Shown here piece after piece: positions 1-9,112 of a stretch of DNA of 64,000 nt. The stretch is from sequence record PP496439.1. One strand, written 5' to 3'. Numbering within the stretch: the stretch's first letter is position 1; each line of letters begins with the position of its first letter. A program made the position numbers and the translations under genes. The notes beneath the pieces were generated by a model that saw only the letters and a program-made list of their open reading frames with translations, did no database searches and had not been told where the DNA came from.

Positions 1-2
1 AT

Positions 3-371
3 GAAGCTCTGGGTAAGTCCAGCGTGCTGCTGGACACTGTAGACCGGCTACGGAATGCAGGTATCGTGGTGGACGTTATGAGCCCCGGAGATGTCCGTAA
101 GCTGGAGGGGGTGGAGTCCAACCCCTTGGATGGTGTTCATCTTCCAATGGATTTCTCCGCCCTAGAGGAACGGGCAGCTCGGTCTATGTTCTTCGACTCC
201 TATCAGGATCTGTCGGGTACGGATACCGGTTCAGACAGGAATCAGTTCAGACATACGCCGACCGCCCGCATCACCTCGCATCCGTTGAGAGCTCTGGACT
301 ACATCCAGAAGGGCAGCGGCAAACTTTCCAAGGGCATGAAACTCATGCTGAAAAAGCAAAGGGGTTGGTAA
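3..371 (+). CDS. Hypothetical protein, probably 5'-truncated by the window edge
   Basis: Frame is open from base 3 to TAA at 369-371. The track's GTG start at 24 is internal. No recognisable motif. Confidence 0.6.
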   Translation, partial: EALGKSSVLLDTVDRLRNAGIVVDVMSPGDVRKLEGVESNPLDGVHLPMDFSALEERAARSMFFDSYQDLSGTDTGSDRNQFRHTPTARITSHPLRALDYIQKGSGKLSKGMKLMLKKQRGW

Positions 372-372
372 C

Positions 373-1002
373 ATGATCATCAATACTGCGAAGAAGATAC
401 TGGAGCAGGAAGTTCAGCCTGCTTTGTGTAAGCTCAACCTGTCGGACCGTACCGACATCGGCTGCTTCCTCCTGAATGATCTGGGAAGGATCAACGCCAA
501 TCACGACATGATCATTGGTGGCCTGTTCAACCAAGAACTGTGTCTGGCTTTCTACATGTTGCTGAATTCAGATGTGGCGACTTCGCTGGAACAGGCTGTC
601 AGTGCTGACGTGATCAAAGAAATCAATACCATGAAGGCGTATATCTATCACCAGAAGGGTTTGATCGGCGGGCGACTTCCCGAACCAACCTTGCTGTTAC
701 GGGCACTGACCAACCCTCTGGTATCCCCTGCCGTGCGTGATCCATTCTTCAGTGGGCAGCGACATTATCAGACGTGTAGCGATACCCGGTTTCGCTTCAA
801 TGCTCAACACGCCAAAGCACCGGAAGGGTCAGTAAAAGAACTGGCTGCGAAGTACGGGGTGTCGATCAGTGAGGTGCGCCGGTTGAAAGCTGCGGGCCAA
901 CTACATACCCTCGGCCAGTCAGCCGAACCCCAACCAGACGCGGCTGCCGACGAACAAAAGGTAGCCCAAACCAAAGCCCTGCTTGAGAGCTTACTGCCAT
1001 GA
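373..1002 (+). CDS. Hypothetical protein with C-terminal helix-turn-helix-like segment
   Basis: 209-aa ORF. GSVKELAAKYGVSISEVRRLK resembles an HTH. ATGA overlap with the next gene. Confidence 0.6.
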   Translation: MIINTAKKILEQEVQPALCKLNLSDRTDIGCFLLNDLGRINANHDMIIGGLFNQELCLAFYMLLNSDVATSLEQAVSADVIKEINTMKAYIYHQKGLIGGRLPEPTLLLRALTNPLVSPAVRDPFFSGQRHYQTCSDTRFRFNAQHAKAPEGSVKELAAKYGVSISEVRRLKAAGQLHTLGQSAEPQPDAAADEQKVAQTKALLESLLP

Positions 1003-2021
1003 CAGATGCAACGTTGGACACGTACGGTGACCTGCTGGTCGAAAATGCTACCAAGATCGTTGCTGATTTCTTGGAGAACGTGATCACTCCGGTTACACTG
1101 GCGTTGGAGAAAGACTACCCGGCCAAGTTCAAAATCCTCAAGACCAGGCTGGCTCAAATGGCTGGCAGCGCAATGAGCCTCCCCGTAGCCGTTGTGGCAA
1201 TGCGTAACCTTCCGTTCTACGTGTTGCTGAGTTCACCGCGTCAGGTCAGTCACATCATCACTCTTGCCAAAGCCATGATGCCCGAAGGATTGCCGTTGAA
1301 GGCTCTAGGGGCCAAGTACCACGAAGACGTTATTGCCGCTCTGACTAGGGTACTGGTTGAACGTGGTGTAGGTGACATGTTTCTCGGCAATCGAATAGCT
1401 GATCTGCCCAAGTCGCCGGTAACGGAAGCCGAACGGAAGGAAGATCCATTCGCCAACGTAGATCACGACTCCGATCACGTGCATGAATTGAGCGAGATGC
1501 TGTCTCCGGCTGGCGTCCCATGGTACATCTCCAACGACCGGATCAAAGCCGACCGCAAGGACGCAGGCGGTGCGATGGACGCTGCCATGGTGATGGTTAG
1601 CGAGCGCCACGCCAAACGACACCTGGTCGAGCTGGTGAACGCTGCGCTGCTATTCAAGCCGCCGGTCAAGCACCCGTACCCTATCTCGGAGTATTCCGCC
1701 GAAGATTGGTGGGTGAAAGAGATTGAGGGCATTGCGTCGTCTCTGGTGCCGTTGACTGCAGATCAGTACCGCGCTATCCACATCGCCCGGAACTTCGCCC
1801 GTCTGGTGTTCGACACCGTAGCGGCACCTAGCGATGACCAGATCGTTTATCAGTTCCGCTCGCGCTGGGAAAAGGAAGGAGAGTGGACTGACTGGATGAC
1901 CGCCCGGAAGGAAGATTTCGATACGCTAAAGAAGAAGTTCGCCGAAGACCTAGCCCTAAAGCTGTACGAGTTCCGTCTCCTGCGCGTTATTCCTGAGGTG
2001 ATCAATGCCGACTCCAACTGA
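999..2021 (+). CDS. Hypothetical protein (340 aa)
   Basis: Long ORF with phage-like codon use and ATGA coupling to the upstream gene. Confidence 0.75.
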   Translation: MTDATLDTYGDLLVENATKIVADFLENVITPVTLALEKDYPAKFKILKTRLAQMAGSAMSLPVAVVAMRNLPFYVLLSSPRQVSHIITLAKAMMPEGLPLKALGAKYHEDVIAALTRVLVERGVGDMFLGNRIADLPKSPVTEAERKEDPFANVDHDSDHVHELSEMLSPAGVPWYISNDRIKADRKDAGGAMDAAMVMVSERHAKRHLVELVNAALLFKPPVKHPYPISEYSAEDWWVKEIEGIASSLVPLTADQYRAIHIARNFARLVFDTVAAPSDDQIVYQFRSRWEKEGEWTDWMTARKEDFDTLKKKFAEDLALKLYEFRLLRVIPEVINADSN

Positions 2022-2289
2022 ACAGACACTACCCACGGTCGCATCACTAGATGATATATCATCTAGTGGCACCTACCGGGTGGACTACACCATCGTTATG
2101 CAGATGAATTTCACCCCTGATTTCATGTCCCGCGTCAAGTTCATACGGGACATCATGGACTCGGAAACCAAGAAGCTGGTCTCTCAGCAGGTGGGATTCG
2201 AAGACGGTAGCATCTTCACTCGTACCCACGGGGAAGATGGGGACTGGACGTATGGGCCGTGGGTGAAGGAGGTGTCAGATGTATCGTAG
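2005..2289 (+). CDS. Hypothetical protein (94 aa)
   Basis: ORF overlaps the upstream stop region; GAGG precedes the ATG. Confidence 0.6.
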   Translation: MPTPTEQTLPTVASLDDISSSGTYRVDYTIVMQMNFTPDFMSRVKFIRDIMDSETKKLVSQQVGFEDGSIFTRTHGEDGDWTYGPWVKEVSDVS

Positions 2290-2293
2290 CGCA

Positions 2294-2449
2294 GTGAAGT
2301 ATAAAGACCACGGCTATCTTGCTCCGGGTAGCCGTGCGTTCGAACTCTACCACGACAAGTCTGACAAAGGCCACAAGTTGCTGGATCAGCACATGGCCGA
2401 GGTGGACGCCGCGTGGCGCAAACTGGAGGGGCGCAAGAATGGAAAGTAA
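2294..2449 (+). CDS. Small hypothetical protein (51 aa, MKYKDHGYLAPGSRAFELYHDKSDKGHKLLDQHMAEVDAAWRKLEGRKNGK), absent from the ORF track
   Basis: Translated by hand from GTG at 2294 to TAA at 2447-2449. It fills the gap between genes, has coding-like codons and overlaps the next ATG at 2439. Confidence 0.55.
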   Translation: MKYKDHGYLAPGSRAFELYHDKSDKGHKLLDQHMAEVDAAWRKLEGRKNGK

Positions 2450-2891
2450 ATGGGTACTGGTCAAGTCCAGCTTGCTCACTTCATTGATGGTCATTCTGAT
2501 TATCTCCGGGTACTACATGTTCACGGTCGGCCAGCACCGAAGCGAAAAGGTAATGCGTTACGCCTCAATGGTGGACACCAGCGCAGACTCCAGCCGTCAC
2601 AAGTCCAACTACTCGTACAACACGTCTGGTTACTTCCGCGACGAAGAGACCAACGCGTTTTTTCGCGACGACATCTCGGACAAGCTGTACCGGCAGTTCG
2701 AGTCCGGAGGCAACAAGCCTATCCGCATGAGCTGGCCTTACAGCATAGACAAGCGTGAGCAGACCAGTTCAGGTGTCTTCTATATGATGGGTGGGGTGAT
2801 ATTAGAGGCCATCGCGATCATCATACTCATCCATCTGACCATGGTGGCGTGGGCCAAGCACGTACGGGAGCGCAAACCTGATGTGGATTGA
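2439..2891 (+). CDS. Membrane protein with two predicted TM helices
   Basis: ATG at 2439 follows GGAGGGG. Hydrophobic stretches LLTSLMVILIISGYYMFTV and VFYMMGGVILEAIAIIILIHLTMVAW. The track start at 2319 is probably too early. Confidence 0.7.
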   Translation: MESKWVLVKSSLLTSLMVILIISGYYMFTVGQHRSEKVMRYASMVDTSADSSRHKSNYSYNTSGYFRDEETNAFFRDDISDKLYRQFESGGNKPIRMSWPYSIDKREQTSSGVFYMMGGVILEAIAIIILIHLTMVAWAKHVRERKPDVD

Positions 2892-3264
2892 TTACGTCTG
2901 GGGTTACAAGCTGTTTGGTGGCCTGTACGAAACAGTGCGGGTCAAGGTCCAAAGCGAAGAGATGGACAAACTGGATAACGTCTTCCTCAGTGAAACGGAT
3001 GCCCGTAAAGCAGTCGAGACGTTGAACTACAAACGCATTCAAGGTGCCGTTACCTACTTGCACGCTCTCAACAAACTCGACACCGAATCGGTGCAGGGTG
3101 AGCAGGCTGTGTACAACGTGACTGCAGGGTATGGCGAACCCGACGCGTGTATAGACGGTTACGAAGATAGGTTGCTGCTCAGAACCAAGACGGCATGCCT
3201 GATTCGCTTTGACCGCCGTATCACTCAGAGCTCACGCAACATTCCCTTTCCGGAGATCCTATGA
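2881..3264 (+). CDS. Hypothetical protein (127 aa)
   Basis: ORF in the plus-strand cluster with overlapping start/stop. Confidence 0.6.
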   Translation: MWIDYVWGYKLFGGLYETVRVKVQSEEMDKLDNVFLSETDARKAVETLNYKRIQGAVTYLHALNKLDTESVQGEQAVYNVTAGYGEPDACIDGYEDRLLLRTKTACLIRFDRRITQSSRNIPFPEIL

Positions 3265-3857
3265 ATTCTTACGAGATTAAAGAGGTACAGGTGGGTGTCC
3301 ATCGCAACAACCCAACCTTTAAGTTAATGCGGCGGATACCTAGTCATACGCATCGTGGACATATCATCTCGGACGAGCAGTTCCGGGTTAAGATGGACAC
3401 CATTATGCTGCTTGACCTGGCCCATATGTCCGAAGCCGAAGTGAATGCAAAGGTGGAGGAAGACTGGATCAAGCATCTAAACTTCAGTCTTCCTAACGGC
3501 GAAGGTGAATACCCGTGCCTGAAACTTACGGACGAGGAGATAGCTGCCCATCGTCGCGCTGACCCAGAATCGCGACGAGTGATGAAGTATGCCAATGAAG
3601 AGAATGGAAACTACAGTAACCAGTGCGCGCACTGTAGTTCTATGTTCATCGGCTACAAGGGGTTCGGTTCCTGCCAGCTATGCAGCGACCTTTTAACTTT
3701 TCGCCGAGATCAGCGTGAGTTTGAGTTCCACGCTAAAGAGAACCTGGGGCTGAGCACGAAGAAGCTGGCGTCTGGGGAATACCAATCATTCGGTGCTCAG
3801 ATGGCGTGGGTTACCTGGCAGTACACGGGTGGATACAACAGTGGTGGAAACAAATGA
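3261..3857 (+). CDS. Hypothetical protein with CxxC...CxxC zinc-finger motif
   Basis: GNYSNQCAHCSSMFIGYKGFGSCQLC; ATGA overlaps at both ends. Confidence 0.7.
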   Translation: MNSYEIKEVQVGVHRNNPTFKLMRRIPSHTHRGHIISDEQFRVKMDTIMLLDLAHMSEAEVNAKVEEDWIKHLNFSLPNGEGEYPCLKLTDEEIAAHRRADPESRRVMKYANEENGNYSNQCAHCSSMFIGYKGFGSCQLCSDLLTFRRDQREFEFHAKENLGLSTKKLASGEYQSFGAQMAWVTWQYTGGYNSGGNK

Positions 3858-4303
3858 GCGACGATAAAGATCGAGTAGTTGAAGACCGTGACTATCAACA
3901 GCCGGTCAACGTCGGCACCGTAGTTGCTGACCAGCCAGAAGTTGGCACGGTAGACGGACGTAAGATCGTCGTTGTCGGGGCCGGTAGTGGAGGATCTGTG
4001 TTCGGGTGTAGCCGCAGTGAAAGAATAAGTCCGGCTCGGCGCAGCATAGGGCTGGCCGTTGCAGCAATGGCTCTTGCTGGTTCCATGGCTATGCCGTCAA
4101 ACCGTGAATTCGAGCCTTCCCGCCGACGTAAACCTGAACGCGTGGTACCTCGGGTGTTCCCCAAAGAGTGGTACATGGACGAGGGAGGTCACTACAAAAA
4201 GACCCCGGTAACCGAGGACGATCATGCTGCCGTCTCCGCTGCCGAAGCCAAGCGCCAACGGAAAGCTAAGAAGCTCGCCGCCACCCAATCGAAGGAATCT
4301 TGA
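3854..4303 (+). CDS. Hypothetical protein
   Basis: ATG at 3854 overlaps the upstream stop (ATGA). Basic C-terminus AAEAKRQRKAKK. Confidence 0.65.
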   Translation: MSDDKDRVVEDRDYQQPVNVGTVVADQPEVGTVDGRKIVVVGAGSGGSVFGCSRSERISPARRSIGLAVAAMALAGSMAMPSNREFEPSRRRKPERVVPRVFPKEWYMDEGGHYKKTPVTEDDHAAVSAAEAKRQRKAKKLAATQSKES

Positions 4304-4305
4304 TC

Positions 4306-4734
4306 ATGGCACCGCAAAAGAAAGCCAAGCCTGCACCCAAGAAGACAGTCCCCGGTCGAGACGATGGCAAGTTCGTCGCTCGGCTAGGCGCCCTCCGTGA
4401 TCTGGTTGCCGCACGGGCCAAGGAACAAGGCGTCAGCATGAACACATGGCTGGTCAGCGCAGTGGCTCAGGTCCTTGGCGTGGAAAAGGATGAAGATGGT
4501 AATCAGTTGCTCCTGCCTCATCTTGGACAGACCCAGCCTCCGTTAGTACCCGGCATGACGGTACGCAACAAGAAGGCACCCTATCAGGTGTTCCAAATCA
4601 ACACGTTCTCCATCAGCCGATCCGTTGAGGCCGCGAAGCAGGTGGATCAACGTCCGTTCATCAAGGTGTACGGTATCGATCTTAAAACCGGTAAGGGCGT
4701 CTCAGCGCAGTTGAACGACGTGCAGGTGGTGTAA
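4306..4734 (+). CDS. Arc/HicB-like ribbon-helix-helix DNA-binding protein
   Basis: GKFVARLGALRDLVAARAKEQGVSMNTWLVSAV matches the Arc-type RHH pattern (beta strand, helix, G-x-S-x-N, helix). Confidence 0.65.
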   Translation: MAPQKKAKPAPKKTVPGRDDGKFVARLGALRDLVAARAKEQGVSMNTWLVSAVAQVLGVEKDEDGNQLLLPHLGQTQPPLVPGMTVRNKKAPYQVFQINTFSISRSVEAAKQVDQRPFIKVYGIDLKTGKGVSAQLNDVQVV

Positions 4735-4735
4735 C

Positions 4736-5014
4736 ATGGGTACTCGGGCAGATGCATATCGCCAGCTCAATAAAGATATGACCAATACGTTGAACCGCCG
4801 CCAGCGTCTTGACCGAACCGTGGACATCCTGCTGCGAGCCCTTGGCGTGGACGACGATGCCGCCGACAAGATGTTGGACGAAGTACAGTCTTGTGACTTC
4901 CGGTCGATGGGGAAACTCCTGCAAGAGAAGTTCCCGGATAGCCCGGACATCGAGTGGTGTCTGAAGACGCATCAAGGTTACGACACCGTTCAAGTTGAGA
5001 GGGATAAACCATGA
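4736..5014 (+). CDS. Hypothetical protein (92 aa)
   Basis: ORF abuts its neighbours, ATGA overlap downstream. Confidence 0.6.
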   Translation: MGTRADAYRQLNKDMTNTLNRRQRLDRTVDILLRALGVDDDAADKMLDEVQSCDFRSMGKLLQEKFPDSPDIEWCLKTHQGYDTVQVERDKP

Positions 5015-5319
5015 AGGATCTTCAGGAACACTTCGCAGAGAACTTCGAACGTACTGACCTGACTGGCGCGATCCATTGGGCGCAGAAGTGGTACAAGGAA
5101 ATGGAACAGGTGCTTCCGGGCGAGGATAAAGCCCAGTTCACCTGTCGAGTAATGGCTGGGCACATTTCCGACTACCTGGAAGGGTACACCGGAGTGGAGA
5201 TAGAATCATATAATCAAGGCTCATGGCACGACAACGCTACCTACATGGACACGAAGTATGGTTCTACGGTCTACAGCTTTATGCTGGGTGGTGAGTACCC
5301 ACCCGTTGAGAAGTCCTAA
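5011..5319 (+). CDS. Hypothetical protein (102 aa)
   Basis: ORF with GAGG upstream and phage-like codons. Confidence 0.65.
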   Translation: MKDLQEHFAENFERTDLTGAIHWAQKWYKEMEQVLPGEDKAQFTCRVMAGHISDYLEGYTGVEIESYNQGSWHDNATYMDTKYGSTVYSFMLGGEYPPVEKS

Positions 5320-5323
5320 TTAC
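5311..5323 (+). promoter_or_regulatory. Candidate phage late-promoter motif AAGTCCTAATTAC
   Basis: Identical 13-mer occurs on the minus strand at 11627-11639; related AAAGGCCTAATTAT at 41987-42000 and CTAATTAC at 50268-50275. All lie upstream of gene starts. This copy overlaps a stop codon. Confidence 0.45.
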
Positions 5324-5357
5324 TGACTGATGATTCAACTCACTCAGGAAGATAGTT

Positions 5358-6038
5358 ATGACCATTTCGCTCTCGAAGTTCGTTGTCACCACGCCGATGA
5401 CCGCCAAGGTAGTTAAGGGTAAGAACATTGCCCTTACGGTCAAGGGTGACGATGCCTGTTCCCGTTGTGCGGAGTTCATCTCGGTCACCCCCGACGGCGA
5501 ACTAGACCTGTTCGCCCCGACCCATGGCGCGGCCACCGAGTCGGTACACAGAACCCGTACCGAACTGATGGAAGCAGATTACTGGGCTTTGGATTCTGCC
5601 GCCCACCACTGGCTGCGTCTGGCGATGACCGTCAAGTGCGTCAACAAAGGCGGCCGTGTCGTGATCGGCCAGTGCCATGTGGAAGATAGCAACAACCCGC
5701 TGATCAAGATCTTTTGGGACAAGGAGTCCATCAAGATCGGTTTCCGTGAAAAAGAAACCGAAGAGCCAGTGACCACCACGGTGTGCCGTGGCGTAGAACT
5801 GGGACAGCGGTTCACTCTGGCACTGCACATCACCAAAGCGGGCAGCGTCTCGCTGAACGTGTCGGTGGATGGCAAGAAGTACAACTTCACGGAAAAGATG
5901 GACCCAACGTGGAAAGACTTCAAGTTCAACTTCCACGCCGGCCTGTACAACCAGCTGGACTACTCGGACAAGATCCCCACCACTGACTGCTCCCGTGCGA
6001 CCATCCACACGCTGGACGTAGACCACGACGCAGCCTAA
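5358..6038 (+). CDS. Polysaccharide lyase family 7 (alginate lyase 2)-like protein
   Basis: The three PL7 motifs appear in order: RTELME (canonical RxELR), GQCH (QIH/QVH), FHAGLYNQ (YFKAGxYxQ). No signal peptide. Confidence 0.8.
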   Translation: MTISLSKFVVTTPMTAKVVKGKNIALTVKGDDACSRCAEFISVTPDGELDLFAPTHGAATESVHRTRTELMEADYWALDSAAHHWLRLAMTVKCVNKGGRVVIGQCHVEDSNNPLIKIFWDKESIKIGFREKETEEPVTTTVCRGVELGQRFTLALHITKAGSVSLNVSVDGKKYNFTEKMDPTWKDFKFNFHAGLYNQLDYSDKIPTTDCSRATIHTLDVDHDAA

Positions 6039-6136
6039 GCCCCACCAGCCGCCGCAGGCTGAATGATCCACTAGTGACATGGGCCATCGGTCCGGTTATC
6101 CACTAGCGTTCAGCCTGCGAGCGTATACGCGCCCAC

Positions 6137-6185
6137 AAAAAAAGCCCCACCATCCGGTCAAGTGCCGAGTGAGTGGGGCTTTTTC
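6137..6185. terminator. Bidirectional intrinsic terminator between convergent units
   Basis: AAAAAGCCCCAC-(22 nt)-GTGGGGCTTTTT, with A- and T-tracts on opposite sides. Confidence 0.8.
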
Positions 6186-6188
6186 GTC

Positions 6189-9044
6189 TTACATGGTTAC
6201 CAGAGTTACGAAACGGTTGGACATTGCGCGAGCTGTCAACAGAGTTGCCAACAGTCCGGTGTCTGCCCGATACTTCAACACCACCTTGTACACTTTGCCC
6301 GGTGTCAGACCAGTCGCCACGTATTCCCAAGAGCAAGTAGCGGCAGTCGCCGAGTAGCAGCTTCTGTCGTCACTGGCCGCGAGCACAACCGTAGCACCTT
6401 CGGTCATTGTAAAACTGACCCGAGTACCTGCTGCACACTGAGCCCCGAAGGTGACCCTGATAATCCCGGACAGCCCACACGTTATCTGCGCAGTCGGTCC
6501 TACCGTGGTCAGATCCACGAAGCCCACACTGAGAGTAGCCTCTGATGTGTTGAGCACAGCGTTGACCAGCGAGGTACTGTTCGGCGGAATGGCGTAGGTT
6601 CCATCTGCCTTGAGGAACTTGCCGGTGTCAGCAATCTTCGGAGCCGGAACCAGACCATGCTTGCCGTCGGCAGTTGCAGTAGATCCCACCATGTCGGCCA
6701 GCCCGGCCAGTACGTTCGCCATGAAGGTGGAACTGTCCTTGACCGACATCAGGCTACGTCCGTAGTCCGTGGTCAGGAATGCCTTCACCGAACTCGCCAG
6801 TGCATCCCCCATGAGCACAGCGTTCTCAGGAAGGGCCAACGCTGAGATGTTGCTAAGGACGGTAGCCTTGGCTTGATACCCCGACAAATCTGGGGGCGCT
6901 ACGACGGGTTGCCCACCTTCCAGCTCCACCGTGGTTACCTTGATGGCGTTGTCCGGCAGTGTAGGTTCCGTTACCAGCCCATTGGTTTCCGTACCTTTGC
7001 GAAGCTTGAACGTACCCGTCGTGTCCGCGTAGATCAAATCAATCCGTTGCTGACTGGTACCTGCTGCGGCAATCGTGAACGTCACCGAGGTACCGTTGAT
7101 GGTGTAGGTATTTCCTTTTATCCGCCACTGGATCTGAGTGCCACTGCGCAGCGTCAGGGTCACATTCAATCCCGTCTGTGTGACTTCCAGCGGGGTCAGC
7201 AATCCATCTGCCAGCCCGGCTTTCAACGCCAATGACTGCGTGATCGTATCCAGCGCCTGCTGAACCGTTTTGGAGATAGGCTTGTCCGTGTCCGGCGTGT
7301 TGTCTACCTTATCCAGTCCGATGTTTGTCCTCACCTGAACTTTCTGGGCGTCGGCCAAGGTCTGGGCGTTATACCGAACCAGCTCGGTGATTCCCAGATT
7401 GGTGCGTACCTGTGCACGCTGCTCTGCAGTGAACACCTGATCGGCATCGTACCGGAGGAAGTACCCGGTCAGCAGATCACGCAGCGACGGGCTGTCACCT
7501 AACCCCAACATCTTCAGGCCGAAATCGCTGTAAGGTATATTGACGTTGCTACCGTCCAGCTTGAAGCCTAGGATCGTGGCGGGCGTAGTTCCCATCTTGG
7601 CGAGCGCATCCAGCACGTTACTCTTGGCTTGGAACCCCGATAGGTCCGGGGGCGTAACCATCGGTTGTGCACCTTCCACAAAAACCGAGGTGATACGAAT
7701 GGTGCTATCGGGTAAGGCAGGTTCAACGGCAGTTACATTGGACTCCACGCCTTTGAGGACGTGCACAGTGCCGGTCGTATCCCCGTACAGAAGATCATAT
7801 CTCTGCATGCCAACGCCCGACGCGTCCAAGACAAAGGATACTGAAGGTGTAGGGGACGTGTAGGTAACTCCGTCGATCCGCCATTGCAGGTTGCTGCCGT
7901 TGTCACTCGCCAATCCAATCAGCAGGCCATTGCTGCTGGTCGAGATTGGAGTCAGCAATCCATCCTGAAGGTCAGCCTTTCCGTCCAGCAAGGCGAGGAT
8001 GTGGGACAACTGATGCAGGACCGAGGTGGGGATCGGCTTGTCGATGTCCGCTGTATTATCTACCTTGTCCAGGTGCAAGTCAGCCAGTGTTACAGCGCCT
8101 GTCAGCCCATTGATCGATGCGACGACCAGACTGTCCTTGAGCCGGTCCCAGCTTTCCCCGTTGGAGATAATCCAGTCCCCAATCTGCCAGTCCTTGTTGC
8201 CGTCGATACTGGTAGATCCCGCCACCTTGACGATGTAATACAGACCCTTGTTCGCTGTGCTAGCCGCAGGCATGGCTGGCAAGTTCTTATCCGCATCCCA
8301 CGTCCCCGCGTACCGCAGGCTACCGAGAATGGATTCCGGAAGATAGGATAGGTCGATCTTACGATTGCTATCCAGTGGCACCAGCCCACCTGACTGACCC
8401 AGCAGAAGAGCGTCCAACTTGGCGTCCAAAGCCATCTGTTGCGGTAGGGATACAGGCTTCTGAGAATCGGGGATATTGCTTACGTGTTCCAGGCCCACGG
8501 CGGCGGGGGTCAGCACATCTAGCAGACGGTCGCCCCGAATGTACTGCCGGAAGGTACCCAACGGGATCAGGGAGCTGATATCTGGTGCTGTCACCTTACC
8601 CAAGTCCGCGAGGGTTCCGTCGGTGTACATCACCATCAGGTTACCCGCAGCGTTGATCATCGACGTGGAGATACCCCGTCCAGCAGACCCTTTGACCATA
8701 CCCGCGTACTCTTGATCCCCGTTGGCGTAGGTGATCAGCAAGCGACCGTCAGCTGTCACTTGCGTTTTCTGCACCACCTTACCCGTGGTATCACTACCGG
8801 CATCCGAGGTGAGTTGATCCTGTGCTGTTAGGAAGGACTCGTAGCTGGTCATCAAAGACGGACGTGAGCAGATCAACAGATTACGGGTGACCAACTTGGC
8901 GAGTTCTTTCCAGTTCTTGTCAACAACTGCTAAAGACACGTAGTACCACTCGTCTACGCGCATGCGTTTTCCATTGACCTGTACGTCTTGCTTCACATTC
9001 GGAAATTTCCGGAAGCCTACTAATACGTTATCCATTATACGCAC
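6189..9044 (-). CDS. Accessory fibre/virion appendage protein (951 aa) with an internal duplication of about 190 aa
   Basis: Fibre-type motifs (DGRLLITYANG, LDKVDNTxDxDKP twice, GLVPAP) and a beta-rich C-terminus. The N-terminus is paralogous to 9113..11509. Confidence 0.75.
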   Translation of the reverse strand: MRIMDNVLVGFRKFPNVKQDVQVNGKRMRVDEWYYVSLAVVDKNWKELAKLVTRNLLICSRPSLMTSYESFLTAQDQLTSDAGSDTTGKVVQKTQVTADGRLLITYANGDQEYAGMVKGSAGRGISTSMINAAGNLMVMYTDGTLADLGKVTAPDISSLIPLGTFRQYIRGDRLLDVLTPAAVGLEHVSNIPDSQKPVSLPQQMALDAKLDALLLGQSGGLVPLDSNRKIDLSYLPESILGSLRYAGTWDADKNLPAMPAASTANKGLYYIVKVAGSTSIDGNKDWQIGDWIISNGESWDRLKDSLVVASINGLTGAVTLADLHLDKVDNTADIDKPIPTSVLHQLSHILALLDGKADLQDGLLTPISTSSNGLLIGLASDNGSNLQWRIDGVTYTSPTPSVSFVLDASGVGMQRYDLLYGDTTGTVHVLKGVESNVTAVEPALPDSTIRITSVFVEGAQPMVTPPDLSGFQAKSNVLDALAKMGTTPATILGFKLDGSNVNIPYSDFGLKMLGLGDSPSLRDLLTGYFLRYDADQVFTAEQRAQVRTNLGITELVRYNAQTLADAQKVQVRTNIGLDKVDNTPDTDKPISKTVQQALDTITQSLALKAGLADGLLTPLEVTQTGLNVTLTLRSGTQIQWRIKGNTYTINGTSVTFTIAAAGTSQQRIDLIYADTTGTFKLRKGTETNGLVTEPTLPDNAIKVTTVELEGGQPVVAPPDLSGYQAKATVLSNISALALPENAVLMGDALASSVKAFLTTDYGRSLMSVKDSSTFMANVLAGLADMVGSTATADGKHGLVPAPKIADTGKFLKADGTYAIPPNSTSLVNAVLNTSEATLSVGFVDLTTVGPTAQITCGLSGIIRVTFGAQCAAGTRVSFTMTEGATVVLAASDDRSCYSATAATCSWEYVATGLTPGKVYKVVLKYRADTGLLATLLTARAMSNRFVTLVTM

Positions 9045-9063
9045 CTATAACCGGATTGAAGAT

Positions 9064-9096
9064 AAAAAACGGGGAACCAGTTTAAGGGTTCCCCGT
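9064..9096 (-). terminator. Intrinsic terminator after the SGNH fibre gene
   Basis: 10-bp stem ACGGGGAACC/GGTTCCCCGT followed by a U6 tract on the minus strand. Confidence 0.7.
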
Positions 9097-9112
9097 GGGA
9101 CTCAGATTAAGG

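Noticed and set aside
2319-2438. Track N-terminal extension of the membrane protein
   Set aside because: The region is better explained by the 51-aa ORF at 2294..2449, and the ATG at 2439 has a strong GGAGG RBS.
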